Part shown: positions 8,143-18,572 of the stretch, piece after piece
Position numbering within the stretch: position 1 is the stretch's first letter
How the letters are laid out: each line of letters starts with the position of its first letter
The notes under the pieces: model-generated
What the model saw: the letters and a program-made list of their open reading frames with translations, nothing else
Databases searched by the model: none
Told to the model about the DNA's origin: nothing
Position numbers and translations under genes: made by a program
IMG/VR virus record: IMGVR_UViG_3300027754_000039
Span: 96,001-160,000 of that record
Strand: one strand, 5' to 3'
DNA: 64,000 nt
From: a virus

Positions 8143-10908
8143 CTACTTTCTAAAAGAACTGGCTAATCCACCTAATATAAATTTTCCGGTAATTTTAAAG
8201 GGTTTGGCGTAAATTGATTTATCTCTGATGACAATTCCTTCATGATCTGATACAGGTCCTAAAGGCGAATCTAACTTTTCTAATACAGCATCTCCTAATT
8301 TCATAGTAGCTAAATAAATAATATATCCATCTATTGCTGCTTGGAAGTCTTTAGGGTTTGCTACAAACTCACTTAATGGTATACCATCGGAAATTTTAAT
8401 TAAAACTTCTTTGGATAAAGCTGATATTGTTTTGCCGTCAACAGTCTTAATAGTCACGTCTGGTACCTGTGCTTTTGCTAGCCATTGAGAAAGAGTTTTA
8501 GTTTCTTTTTCAGCTGCTGTTCTAGACACTGTATATTTTTTACTTAATTCTCCAGCTAAGTCAGGTTCTCCTTTTAAAGTCGTCGGAATAGATCCTAAAA
8601 CTTCATAGCCATTTTTATTAGCTACTACAGCTAGATTATTTAGTAAATCTTGCATTGCTGCTTTGTTAGCTGACTTTTCTTTAGTAGCTCTTTTAGTTGG
8701 AGTTACTTGCTCTATTTCTAATAAACCATGAACTGCTAGAAAATTCTTATTGTAAGACAACACATTGGTTGAACCTGCTACATACTCTATATTAAATAGA
8801 ATATTTGGGTTGTCCCATAATCCTAACTTTTTCAATGCCGGAGTACAAGCTGGTATTGAATCGTTAAAAATATCTAATACTTTTCCGCCTACTTTAATCA
8901 TTCCATGACCAGCTCCAAATCTATCTGTTAATTCTGCTTTGGTAATTCCTTTAACATCTAATGGTTTATTAGAACCTCTATCCATTACAAAGACTTTTTT
9001 ACCATCTAAAGTAATTAAACGAATAGAAGCATTAACTCCATCTATTTTAACAGACGCAGGTCCTTTCTTTAAATAATTTACTGATTGTTGAAATACAGTT
9101 ACTAAATCTTTTCCTGTCTTTACCCAATCAATATTAAATGGATGCGCCATATGTCCTCCAGCTCCTCCTTCTTTTAAAAGAGATTCTTGAGTAGGCATTT
9201 TAACTCCGAATACTGTTTTAGAAAATACATCAAAGTCATATTCAAATTCACGACCAATGTTTGAATCTAAAAATGTTTTAAGTTTGTTAATTTTTTCATT
9301 ATGAGCTTTTAACTGCTCTGGAGACATAGAACCTTCAGAAACAGATTCTGGAACACAATTAGGAACTTTTTTAGATCCTTTCTTTTTCATTCCAACTTGA
9401 TGATATCCTGACCAACATGGATCGTTTTTATCTTCTTTAATAGAAGTAACTGTCGGCTTACCATAAATTCGTTTAACAATTGATTTGTCTACTTTAGATA
9501 ATTTTCTTTTATAATAACCATCTTTCATCATTTCTAAACTTTTATCTCCGGCAACTCCTTTAATAACAGTCTCGTCGGTTACTACATCGATATCTGATCG
9601 TTTCGCAAGTATTTCTTCCATTTTCATAGAAGCTTCTATATACCAACTTTTAGTTTTTAATAAATTAAATAATTTAGATATTAATTCTTTTTTAGCTTCT
9701 TTTTTATTATTGGTACCTAACAATGAAATTTTATTTCCAAAAAGTGTTGGTTTGAATATAATAAATGCATCTGCAATAGTATCAGCATCTACATCTTCTA
9801 AATAAACTGCTTTGTATTTTGTTTGCAATTCTGTGGCATCATTAGCTGAAAAATCTAATCCTGCTTTAGAATAAGTATCCGAATACATACTCCATACAAT
9901 GTCCATATCTTCTTTTGATAAAGCAGCTAAATTGAAATCTTTCCATGTATTTGGTTTCAATGCAGCTTCTTTCATAAATGCTGAAGGAGTAATATACTTT
10001 TCTGCTTTTATCATTTTAATTAGAAATCCTGCAATCAAGCCTCCCGGTGCAATAGCTATGGTAGTTAATCCAATAGCCTTTAAAATGTCTTTCATTTGCT
10101 CGCCAATTTCAGATTTTTGAGCATCTGTTAATTCTATTTTACCCATTGCTGCTTTTGCTAATAAAGAAAAAGCTTTTTTGGTTTCAGTGCCTTCTTGTTT
10201 TAAAGCTGCAATGAATTTTTTAAATTTCATTTTTAATTCATTCATGGACACTGCTTCCGTTAACTCTAACGATTCTCTCCACCAATGTTTGGAAAATAGA
10301 TTTGACTCTTTAATTCCTTCTATTTTATCAAATACCATATCAGCTGTCTTTTTATCATACCAACCAAATACAGCTTCGAATTGTTTAACTTTTTTATCTC
10401 TAGGTATTTTAGCTCCTAAAGCTTTTCTCAATGTAGTACCTGACATTTCTCCATATCCAGGAATGGTTATGCGAACGTGAGGAGCTACTACTAAATATCC
10501 ATGTTTATCAAATCCTTGAAGACTTGATTTATTTTTTTTATAATCTTGAAAATATGAATCCCCGCCGCTAACTTTTTTTCCTATTTTAAATCTAGGATCT
10601 TCTGCCATATCTTTTGCTCCTACCATAAACACTACTGCAGTGTCTTTAGGATTTAATTTAGATAAAATCTCCTCCGATTTATATGGATTCTTTACCTGTA
10701 CAAGTCGATCGTCGAAACCATAATGTCTTATAATGTCTTGCTTATCTTTGAAAGAAAAAGGGCTCTTTGGGGGTTGTACGACGTTTGACGTTACGATGTA
10801 AGCGTTAGCAGCTCCAAACTCTTTTTGAAGCCATTTGAATGCCGCAGCATGATGTTGACCAAAAGGTTGAAACCTGCCAGGGTATATTGCTATTATATTT
10901 TTTATCAT
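8143..10908 (-). CDS. Multi-module protein: HIGH-superfamily nucleotidyltransferase (cytidylyl/NMNAT-like) ... C-terminal KxDG ligase-like (DUF6267-like) domain; 921 aa
   Basis: Start revised to ATG 10908, 2 nt after the upstream stop. IYPGRFQPFGQHH...MSGTTLR; CWSGY..VGMKKKG.KKVPNCVP module; EGGAGGHMAHPF...VKIDGVN...HEGIVIR...FKITG. Confidence 0.75.
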   Translation of the reverse strand: MIKNIIAIYPGRFQPFGQHHAAAFKWLQKEFGAANAYIVTSNVVQPPKSPFSFKDKQDIIRHYGFDDRLVQVKNPYKSEEILSKLNPKDTAVVFMVGAKDMAEDPRFKIGKKVSGGDSYFQDYKKNKSSLQGFDKHGYLVVAPHVRITIPGYGEMSGTTLRKALGAKIPRDKKVKQFEAVFGWYDKKTADMVFDKIEGIKESNLFSKHWWRESLELTEAVSMNELKMKFKKFIAALKQEGTETKKAFSLLAKAAMGKIELTDAQKSEIGEQMKDILKAIGLTTIAIAPGGLIAGFLIKMIKAEKYITPSAFMKEAALKPNTWKDFNLAALSKEDMDIVWSMYSDTYSKAGLDFSANDATELQTKYKAVYLEDVDADTIADAFIIFKPTLFGNKISLLGTNNKKEAKKELISKLFNLLKTKSWYIEASMKMEEILAKRSDIDVVTDETVIKGVAGDKSLEMMKDGYYKRKLSKVDKSIVKRIYGKPTVTSIKEDKNDPCWSGYHQVGMKKKGSKKVPNCVPESVSEGSMSPEQLKAHNEKINKLKTFLDSNIGREFEYDFDVFSKTVFGVKMPTQESLLKEGGAGGHMAHPFNIDWVKTGKDLVTVFQQSVNYLKKGPASVKIDGVNASIRLITLDGKKVFVMDRGSNKPLDVKGITKAELTDRFGAGHGMIKVGGKVLDIFNDSIPACTPALKKLGLWDNPNILFNIEYVAGSTNVLSYNKNFLAVHGLLEIEQVTPTKRATKEKSANKAAMQDLLNNLAVVANKNGYEVLGSIPTTLKGEPDLAGELSKKYTVSRTAAEKETKTLSQWLAKAQVPDVTIKTVDGKTISALSKEVLIKISDGIPLSEFVANPKDFQAAIDGYIIYLATMKLGDAVLEKLDSPLGPVSDHEGIVIRDKSIYAKPFKITGKFILGGLASSFRK

Positions 10909-10909
10909 G

Positions 10910-11182
10910 TTAACTAAACGAACTTGATTTATAGCTGGTACCATTGTAAATGTACAAATAATTTGTGCTAGTATTAAAATATATAGATCCTGTAACTGGC
11001 GTAGTAGGAACGTTAGTTGTAACTGTAGTAGCGGAACCAGTAACACTTCCAATTAAATTAAATCCAGTTAAATTAGTTACTTGCGTTCCTGTACCATTAT
11101 ATATCTGACCAGAACTTGATACTTGCATTAAGTTCTGAAACGATGATGATATATACTGGGTTGTTAAATTTGAAATTGCCAT
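10910..11182 (-). CDS. Small Ser/Thr/Gly-rich structural-type protein
   Basis: GSIYFNTSTNYLYIYNG resembles fibre/beta-rich phage modules; late-promoter motif upstream. Confidence 0.6.
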   Translation of the reverse strand: MAISNLTTQYISSSFQNLMQVSSSGQIYNGTGTQVTNLTGFNLIGSVTGSATTVTTNVPTTPVTGSIYFNTSTNYLYIYNGTSYKSSSFS

Positions 11183-11211
11183 TTCTATCTTTTGTAATAA
11201 ATATCTAAATT

Positions 11212-11577
11212 TTAATTAAAATTCGTATTGTAATTATATGTTATTTCTTCACCGGGCTGAATATCTTGTATTGAATATAGTTCTATTACTGATTTTTGTA
11301 TATTTGAATTACAAATAGCGTTAGGATATATAGAATGATTGTATATACATCCATATCCTAACGCAAGTATATATGTGTTTACTGTTATTTTATTTGGCCA
11401 TGGCATAACTCTTTCTTTTAAACTACTATAATTAATATTGTTAATATTAAACTCATTTAACTTAAAAAAATGGCATTCCTCAATTAAACTGCCCGAATTA
11501 ATTAACGCAGAAGTAAATACACCTCTTCCATGTATTAATGAATCGTCGACATATATATTAGGATTCTGATAAAGCAT
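11212..11577 (-). CDS. SET-domain protein (putative protein lysine methyltransferase)
   Basis: SLIHGRGVF...IYNHSIYPNA...IQPGEEITYNY (GxG, NHS, EELxxxY motifs). Confidence 0.9.
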   Translation of the reverse strand: MLYQNPNIYVDDSLIHGRGVFTSALINSGSLIEECHFFKLNEFNINNINYSSLKERVMPWPNKITVNTYILALGYGCIYNHSIYPNAICNSNIQKSVIELYSIQDIQPGEEITYNYNTNFN

Positions 11578-11920
11578 TATATAAGATTAATGTATTTTTA
11601 ATATGCTCTTGTGCCGCTGCATTATATTCTTCTTGTGTATTGTAAATAATTTCGCTTTGTCGTATTAATTCATTAATATATGGATATCCAAAGTGAAAAA
11701 TTAAAGATTGGCTAGAATCACGAATTATAATGTAAGGAGTATAATAATTTCTTCCGGATATATTACGTATTTCATCATTATTATTACGATTCCGATGTAA
11801 ATCTTTTGTAATAAAGCTAACTCCTAAATCAGTTAGCATTTGTCTAAGTATTCTACATGTAGGAGCTCCCGGAGATCCTTCACAATAAACAGTATCGGTA
11901 AAAAAATAAACTGTATTCAT
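11558..11920 (-). CDS. Glutaredoxin/thioredoxin-fold protein with an atypical active-site loop
   Basis: YCEGSPGAPTC...L...V.F...DL...TPYIII (cis-Pro) pattern. Confidence 0.55.
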   Translation of the reverse strand: MNTVYFFTDTVYCEGSPGAPTCRILRQMLTDLGVSFITKDLHRNRNNNDEIRNISGRNYYTPYIIIRDSSQSLIFHFGYPYINELIRQSEIIYNTQEEYNAAAQEHIKNTLILYNALSES

Positions 11921-11929
11921 AAATTAAAA

Positions 11930-14425
11930 TTAAATTGCTGTTGTTGATAATAAGCCGGCGTTGCTGACGTCAATTCTATATACGGTACCATTGGGTGAGT
12001 TTAATGCAAGACTACCAGAAAATAGTGGAACTACCGAACCTCCATAATTAGTTACTGACTGCAACCGCCATCCCGAGTCTCCTGGAGCGAAAGCGTAGCG
12101 TCCTCCCGGTGCACATTCTAACATATCATTGTAATTATTTGGGCATACATTAAAAAGTGGATTAGGGTCAACATAATATGCAGGGTTGTCTCTACTCACA
12201 GTATAAGAGTAACTTGCCCAATCATTAACTTCATATGTAATTCGACTACGTAAAGATCGTCGTTTACCTAATGTATCGACAGTGGGTAGTCCTGGAGGTG
12301 GAGTTATTGATGTAGCGTCACTAAACCACGCAGAACCGCTGCCAGCATCGTCTCCATTAAATACCCATTGGGTGCCGTAACCGCCGCCTTTTATGGGTAT
12401 ATTGTATTGTACTGCGTAAACGTTATCATAAAAGTTGCCAACTGCATAATAATTTCCAACAGAAATACGGTTAGCCTCTATTAATACATTAGCTCCTAAA
12501 GAAGATGTAGTTGTACACCCCGATCCTAGTATGCCGGTATTATATGCCGGGCCATACGTTTCAATTATAACTTGACCGTCATACCCAAAATCTGCAGGAG
12601 TTATTATTCCAGCTATTGGGGCAGCTGGATTAACAAAAAATCTTACATACATTGCAGAAAATCCGGACCAATTGTTACTAGACGGGCCAGTAATTCCAGC
12701 TAAATTTAATATCGTATACGCCTTTCCACCATCATAAAAATATTTAAAATATGAACCGGAATTAGTATTATTAACAACTATTTGTCTGTTAGCAAAAAAG
12801 TCAGCATATGATACATTTTTTAATATCATATTACTAGCAGTAACGTTACCGGTTACTGATACGGAAAAATTAGAAGCTGATATTTGTAACTTTCCGTCCG
12901 AGCCTGATATAAATGTTCCTGTAGTACTTCCTAAAAAGAATGTATTTGTTTTAATATCTAATATACCACTACCAGACGACGCGTATTTAAAATAAGATGA
13001 TGTATTAGCTACTAATTCTAATCCTACTCCATTATATGATTCTGCTGATCCTAAAATAGATTGCACTGAACCTGAATAAATTACAAATCCAGAATAAGCT
13101 CCGCCATTGTTTGTAATAGCATTTTGAAACCCTTGATATCCTAGAGACCTAATCATTGCAGATTGTGCTTTTCCTGTAATTTCAACGCCAGTTCCCGTAG
13201 CTCCTGCGACAAATAAAGATCCTGTTAGTAAATTATCATTTCCTCCTATGTAAGTATTACCTCCTAAAAATAAATTATTTAAAAGTTCTACGTACTGTGC
13301 GGAAACTAAACCTACAGGATTAACAAATTCAAATTTGAAATCTAATCTATCATTTCGATGTACCGTTGGCAAAGCAAATGAAGCTGTTACTACATTTGCC
13401 GTAAATCCTAACTCATCAGCTTGTTCTGAAATATTTGTTTCATTTGATAACACATATTCTCCTACTCCTGAAGATTTTACATACGATCTAATTTTATTAA
13501 CAACTCCTATTTGAGGTTGAAGTCCTGTAAAAAATACCGTAGCTACATTAAATGTATTTTGTGTTGGAACTGAAGCTAATGAAGCAGACTGCTCGTAAGT
13601 AATTGTAGCTGTTAAAGCTGCATAAGTTGGAGCATAGTCTGAATTACTATTTTGTAATGGAAATATTAACGGGTTTGATAAAAATGCAATTCCATCTCCA
13701 CTAAATGAACTAATGCTTGACGTAAATATTAACGACGCTGACACAGTACCTTGAGGTGACGGATTAACTGAGCTAATAGAAGTATATGGAATTGACACGG
13801 CAGCTGCTAATGCAGAGCCACTGAATCCTGCTCCTGCTAAAGAGCTAGTAGTTAAAACTGGAGTATTATTATAATAGTAATATTCTAAATTACTTACTGA
13901 TTGTGATATTATTCTTGTGCCACCAGCATATCCTAAATTGGTATATGACCCCGTCGAAGCTGATATTGTAGCTGTCGGTAGAGATTCAAATATAATTTCA
14001 GCGTTGTTTTCTTTGGAAGGATCTATATAGACAAGAGTTGACCAACGTACATTAAGTAATTTAGTATCTAAAAAATTACCTGCTGCATCTTTTGAAGCAG
14101 TTCCACAAATTGTTATAAGACCATTTCCAGGAGTTGTATCTTGGTTTACAAATACTGTAATTACGGCTGCTTGCGATTCTGATTCTCTATCTAATCCAAT
14201 TTCATAATAAATTGGGTCTCCATTAGAATCTAATACCTCTATATAAACAGGAGATCCTTCATTAAATAAATTAGGATTTCCTTTGAACTTTAAAATATTT
14301 CTACCGGAAAAGAATTCGGAAGGTATGTTAGTGACTCTAAAATAATCTGGCGATGATATAGAGTTGTCCTCAACTAATACATTTAAATCAGCAAGCCCTT
14401 GATAAATTATTTCTTTTTTAGCCAT
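11930..14425 (-). CDS. Large structural (tail/baseplate-associated) protein
   Basis: 831 aa, S/G/T/N-rich, beta-strand character, late motif upstream. Confidence 0.65.
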   Translation of the reverse strand: MAKKEIIYQGLADLNVLVEDNSISSPDYFRVTNIPSEFFSGRNILKFKGNPNLFNEGSPVYIEVLDSNGDPIYYEIGLDRESESQAAVITVFVNQDTTPGNGLITICGTASKDAAGNFLDTKLLNVRWSTLVYIDPSKENNAEIIFESLPTATISASTGSYTNLGYAGGTRIISQSVSNLEYYYYNNTPVLTTSSLAGAGFSGSALAAAVSIPYTSISSVNPSPQGTVSASLIFTSSISSFSGDGIAFLSNPLIFPLQNSNSDYAPTYAALTATITYEQSASLASVPTQNTFNVATVFFTGLQPQIGVVNKIRSYVKSSGVGEYVLSNETNISEQADELGFTANVVTASFALPTVHRNDRLDFKFEFVNPVGLVSAQYVELLNNLFLGGNTYIGGNDNLLTGSLFVAGATGTGVEITGKAQSAMIRSLGYQGFQNAITNNGGAYSGFVIYSGSVQSILGSAESYNGVGLELVANTSSYFKYASSGSGILDIKTNTFFLGSTTGTFISGSDGKLQISASNFSVSVTGNVTASNMILKNVSYADFFANRQIVVNNTNSGSYFKYFYDGGKAYTILNLAGITGPSSNNWSGFSAMYVRFFVNPAAPIAGIITPADFGYDGQVIIETYGPAYNTGILGSGCTTTSSLGANVLIEANRISVGNYYAVGNFYDNVYAVQYNIPIKGGGYGTQWVFNGDDAGSGSAWFSDATSITPPPGLPTVDTLGKRRSLRSRITYEVNDWASYSYTVSRDNPAYYVDPNPLFNVCPNNYNDMLECAPGGRYAFAPGDSGWRLQSVTNYGGSVVPLFSGSLALNSPNGTVYRIDVSNAGLLSTTAI

Positions 14426-14460
14426 GAATTACGTAAAAATACTTATATAAATATAAATAT

Positions 14461-17400
14461 CTAAATGTAATAGATCTTAGAATTTCCGTTGGTTTTAACA
14501 ATTTCAATTAATTTATCAACTACATCTCTCATGGAATCTATATGAGATATAACTAACATAAAAGAGAATTGAGTTTTAAGATACTCAAATAAATTAAACA
14601 TAGAGTTTAAATTGTTAGAATCTAAAACTCCAAAGCCTTCATCAATAGCTAGGAAATTAGGTCTAGGTAGTGATGATATATTTATTAACGCAGTTCTAAT
14701 AGCTAAAGACGATATAAATTTCTCCATACCAGAAGTTAATTCTATAGACCAAAAATTATCTTGATCGTAAACAATATAACAATTAATATTTTTACCATCC
14801 ATTTCCAGCATTATACTAAAATCAACTAACTGAGTTAGGATGTTATTTATTTCCTGTTCTATAAATGGTACAGCGGTGGTAATTAAATCGTAAGGAACTC
14901 CGTCACGATTGACTGCTATTAAATAATATTCGTAAAATTTATATTGTTGAGTTAAATCTTTTAGTTTGGCAATAGACTCTTCAGATTTTTCTTTATCTTT
15001 TTGAGCTACTAGTAAATTGGAATGGCAAGTTAAAATTAAATCATTTACATCACTTAATTCATCTTTAAGTACATCCATTGTAGTATTTAGTAAAGATATA
15101 GAAGTTCTATTTTCTTTATTCTTTTTAATTACAGCTTCTTTAGTATAATACTCATCAACCTTTCTTTGAGTTTCTAGTAATTTAGTTTCTGCTAGCCCAC
15201 GTTTAGTTTTTAAATCATTAATCGTAGATTCGGTATTATTTTTATTAGTATTAGCTTGAGTTAATTTCCTTTGTAATTCATAATACGTTTCTTGTTCAGT
15301 AACTGACTTTGACAACTCTGTCATTTTATCAACTACTTCCTGCAGCTTAGCATTTAAAGATACTAGACCTTCTTTATCATCTTGTATTGAAGATTTTGTA
15401 GCAATAGCATCTTTAACAAAAATATTATCCATACAATATGAACAATTCTCATCATACTTAAGATCATTAAGCTTGGCCATTTTATCTTCTTTGATACGAA
15501 TCTCTGCCTTGCGTTTTTCTATTTGTCCATGAAATATTAATTCTGAATTTTTCAATCCATTATAAACGGCTATACGTGCTTTTATCTCTACAATATTATA
15601 ATTTTCTAATTCCTTTTCAATTTTATCTACAGCAGCTTTAGCTTCAGACAGTGAAATGTCATTAGCGTTTAACTGAGTATTGATTTGATCTAATAACGCA
15701 TTGCATTTAGATACTAAAGTTTCCAATTCAAATATATTTTCAATTGAAGAATCAATTGGTACTAAATCTGAAGTTAGATTTAATATTTGTGCATGGATAT
15801 CTGCAATTTTAGTATCTAACTCTGCCTTGTCCATTAAATGACCTTTATGCTGTTTAGAGTAAGTATCAATGTTAATTAATGCTCCTGACAATTGAGTAGC
15901 AAAGTCTTGCTTTTGATATTCTTTAACTAGCGTAGCTACTTCTTTAATATCTTCATTTGCTATTTTATTTAAGTCTTCAAATATATTAATGTCTAGAAAC
16001 TGTGCTAGTAAGTCTTTACGATCTTTTTGAGCCATATCAATAAATCCAGTATTGTTATTTTGTACTGACAATGCAGTTAAGACAAAATCTTCATAGGTAC
16101 CTAGCAAATTTCTAATGTGATCATTTGTTTCACTTCGTTCTTTTCCATTTAAAGATTCTTTATTTCCTAAATCATCTATACAATAAAAATCAACATCAAC
16201 TCGAACGTGTTCACCTCTTCCTTTAGTTCCTGTTTTTTCAATAAAGTAATCTCGACCATCTAATTCAAAATTAAATTTACATTTAAACGAACCTGATTTA
16301 TTATTTAATACACTTGAAGCTTTAGATGTTCTTCCACATTTGTCAAATATACAATAAGTAATTGAATCTAACATGGTAGACTTTCCAGAGGCATTAGGTG
16401 CAAATATGCCTAGCACTCCTTGCATATTTGTAAAGTCAATTACATTATCTACACCGTAACTAAACATATTTGAAAATTCAAATTTCTTAGGAATCCACGA
16501 TACATTTCTAGAAATTTCTAAATGAGGCAATCCTGAATTAACTGTTCTATTAACGTGACGAATGCCGTCGAGTATATCATCATCTAAAGCAAATTTATTA
16601 TCTAGATATTTAGTAATAAGTTCATTTTGATATTCTACATCTCGAACATCACCTATATTAATTTTATGAACTCGTGTATTATTTTGACTGAAATCATTTA
16701 TTTTTTGAATTGTATATTCTTCAATATCATACTGAGACTTAATGTCAGCTAATATCGTTTTTAAATCTGCTGATTCAGTATTTTTAACTTTAATACGCAA
16801 TCGAATCTTTTTATCTAATACAACTGGCAATATTGGAGCATGTACACCATTGTCAATTTCCAATGTATAATAACAAATGTCATTTGCAATTTCTACAAAG
16901 TCAGCTTTGCAAGTTGCAGTATCCCATACTAACATTCCATGTATTAAAGCTTCTGCATAATTTTGTTGAATTAACGAACCACAATATGCAATAGTCTTTT
17001 CTTGATTGAGGTATTGAGCTGGTTTATGAATATCTCCTAACAAAGTTAATTTATATCCTTCAAATGTATCAATGTCTACATGATCATTTTGCAATCTAAA
17101 TCCAATATCAGTCATTGCATTATTTACAGCTCCGTGATGTAACGCAATTTTAAAATCTCCTTCAAAACTATTTGCTTTGATGAAATCTTTAGGCTTATCA
17201 AAAACAGACATAACTGTAAAGTGTTTATCGGATATATGATATACCCCTGACTCTTTGAGATAATGTAGATTTGGGTGATTAAGTGCATTGACAATAGGAG
17301 TTAATGCATCTAACCTAGACATATTGTTTAAGTTGCAATCGTGATTACCTGTAATTAATATTGTAGGAGCAATATCTGCAAACATTTTAAAGAATTCTTG

Positions 17401-17619
17401 CACTGATTGAATCAACTCAGGCGTCATATCAGTCTTAGCGTGAACAATATCTCCTCCTAAAAAGATAATATCATTTGGCCCTACTGTCTTTTTAATAGCT
17501 TCAACAGTTCTTTCAAATACAGTTTTATATTCTTGATGCCTTTTTAAATTTCGAATGTGAATATCAGCTACGTGATATATTTTTTCAATGTGATTTATTC
17601 CTATTTCTATTCTATTCAT
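14461..17619 (-). CDS. Fused Mre11/SbcD-like nuclease + Rad50/SbcC-like ATPase (gp47-gp46 fusion)
   Basis: ADIH..GD..H..GNHD..HHG..GDIH phosphoesterase motifs; FAPNASGKST Walker A; CSYC hook at 15433-15444; LTSGMEK signature; LAIDEGF Walker B; ISH. Confidence 0.95.
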   Translation of the reverse strand: MNRIEIGINHIEKIYHVADIHIRNLKRHQEYKTVFERTVEAIKKTVGPNDIIFLGGDIVHAKTDMTPELIQSVQEFFKMFADIAPTILITGNHDCNLNNMSRLDALTPIVNALNHPNLHYLKESGVYHISDKHFTVMSVFDKPKDFIKANSFEGDFKIALHHGAVNNAMTDIGFRLQNDHVDIDTFEGYKLTLLGDIHKPAQYLNQEKTIAYCGSLIQQNYAEALIHGMLVWDTATCKADFVEIANDICYYTLEIDNGVHAPILPVVLDKKIRLRIKVKNTESADLKTILADIKSQYDIEEYTIQKINDFSQNNTRVHKINIGDVRDVEYQNELITKYLDNKFALDDDILDGIRHVNRTVNSGLPHLEISRNVSWIPKKFEFSNMFSYGVDNVIDFTNMQGVLGIFAPNASGKSTMLDSITYCIFDKCGRTSKASSVLNNKSGSFKCKFNFELDGRDYFIEKTGTKGRGEHVRVDVDFYCIDDLGNKESLNGKERSETNDHIRNLLGTYEDFVLTALSVQNNNTGFIDMAQKDRKDLLAQFLDINIFEDLNKIANEDIKEVATLVKEYQKQDFATQLSGALINIDTYSKQHKGHLMDKAELDTKIADIHAQILNLTSDLVPIDSSIENIFELETLVSKCNALLDQINTQLNANDISLSEAKAAVDKIEKELENYNIVEIKARIAVYNGLKNSELIFHGQIEKRKAEIRIKEDKMAKLNDLKYDENCSYCMDNIFVKDAIATKSSIQDDKEGLVSLNAKLQEVVDKMTELSKSVTEQETYYELQRKLTQANTNKNNTESTINDLKTKRGLAETKLLETQRKVDEYYTKEAVIKKNKENRTSISLLNTTMDVLKDELSDVNDLILTCHSNLLVAQKDKEKSEESIAKLKDLTQQYKFYEYYLIAVNRDGVPYDLITTAVPFIEQEINNILTQLVDFSIMLEMDGKNINCYIVYDQDNFWSIELTSGMEKFISSLAIRTALINISSLPRPNFLAIDEGFGVLDSNNLNSMFNLFEYLKTQFSFMLVISHIDSMRDVVDKLIEIVKTNGNSKIYYI

Positions 17620-18566
17620 TATGCAAATAATTTATATTTCATAAATTGTGTAAAAGTCAATGCAGGTGTTTCCTTAATCAACGTACACATTCGTTCAAAA
17701 CCAATTTCAGCAGGATCTTTTTCTTGCAAATCTACAAAATACACTTCTACTCCATTATTCATAAAGTATTCAGCGTGTTCTAGAGCTTGCTTTTGAGCGT
17801 CTTTATCAAGACAAATATATAATTTAGTAACTTTATTTTCAATAATCTTTTTACGTAAGTCTTCTGATATAGTCTTTCCGAATAATGGAATGGAATTGCG
17901 CCTAACTGCTATTGCGTCAAAACTACCTTCAACTAAAACGATTGGCAAAGTCCAATTAATAAACAATTCAAAGCCAACACAATTTTTAGACGTGTCTGGA
18001 TTTTTATGTTTAAATGATTCCGCTTCATAATATGCTCTTCCTACAAAATAATTCAATCTACCCATCTCATCATACGATGGAATTATAATCTTTTTAGAAT
18101 ATTCTCCAGATTCGCAATAGCCAATATTATACTTTACTATTTCAGATAGTGTAATTTTTCTTTTAGAACGTAAATAATGCATTACATTTTTATATTCTGT
18201 AGTATCTGAAGTTTTGTAAAGTGGAATAAACTCTTTAGGCAGGTCGAGTACTGTCGTATTTGAATGTAAACTGTCGAACTTACCGGAGTTATATTTGGGT
18301 TGGATGTTAAGTATACTGTATAGCTCCGTTAGTCTATCACGGCTTACGTTTAAGGCTTTAAATAAGGTAGATAGCTTTTTTCCTGATTTATTACAAACCC
18401 AACAATGCCAAGGGTTTTCTCCTTTTTCATTAGTTAAAGATTGAACTTCTAATTTTCTTCTAGGGGATTGGCAAAAAGGACAATGATGTGCAATGTTACC
18501 TTTGTTTGTAGTTTTACCTTTACCTAAAACAGATTCTATTAAATTAGTCAGTTTACTATTTATCAT
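17619..18566 (-). CDS. DNA primase (Zn finger + TOPRIM)
   Basis: HHCPFC...WHCWVC; LVEGSFDAI; ICLDKDA; KDPAE. Confidence 0.9.
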   Translation of the reverse strand: MINSKLTNLIESVLGKGKTTNKGNIAHHCPFCQSPRRKLEVQSLTNEKGENPWHCWVCNKSGKKLSTLFKALNVSRDRLTELYSILNIQPKYNSGKFDSLHSNTTVLDLPKEFIPLYKTSDTTEYKNVMHYLRSKRKITLSEIVKYNIGYCESGEYSKKIIIPSYDEMGRLNYFVGRAYYEAESFKHKNPDTSKNCVGFELFINWTLPIVLVEGSFDAIAVRRNSIPLFGKTISEDLRKKIIENKVTKLYICLDKDAQKQALEHAEYFMNNGVEVYFVDLQEKDPAEIGFERMCTLIKETPALTFTQFMKYKLFA

Positions 18567-18572
18567 ACTCGA

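Noticed and set aside
10909-11052. 48-aa N-terminal extension of the 969-aa ORF
   Set aside because: It overlaps the upstream 10910..11182 gene in another frame; the NTase fold begins at MIKNII (ATG 10908).
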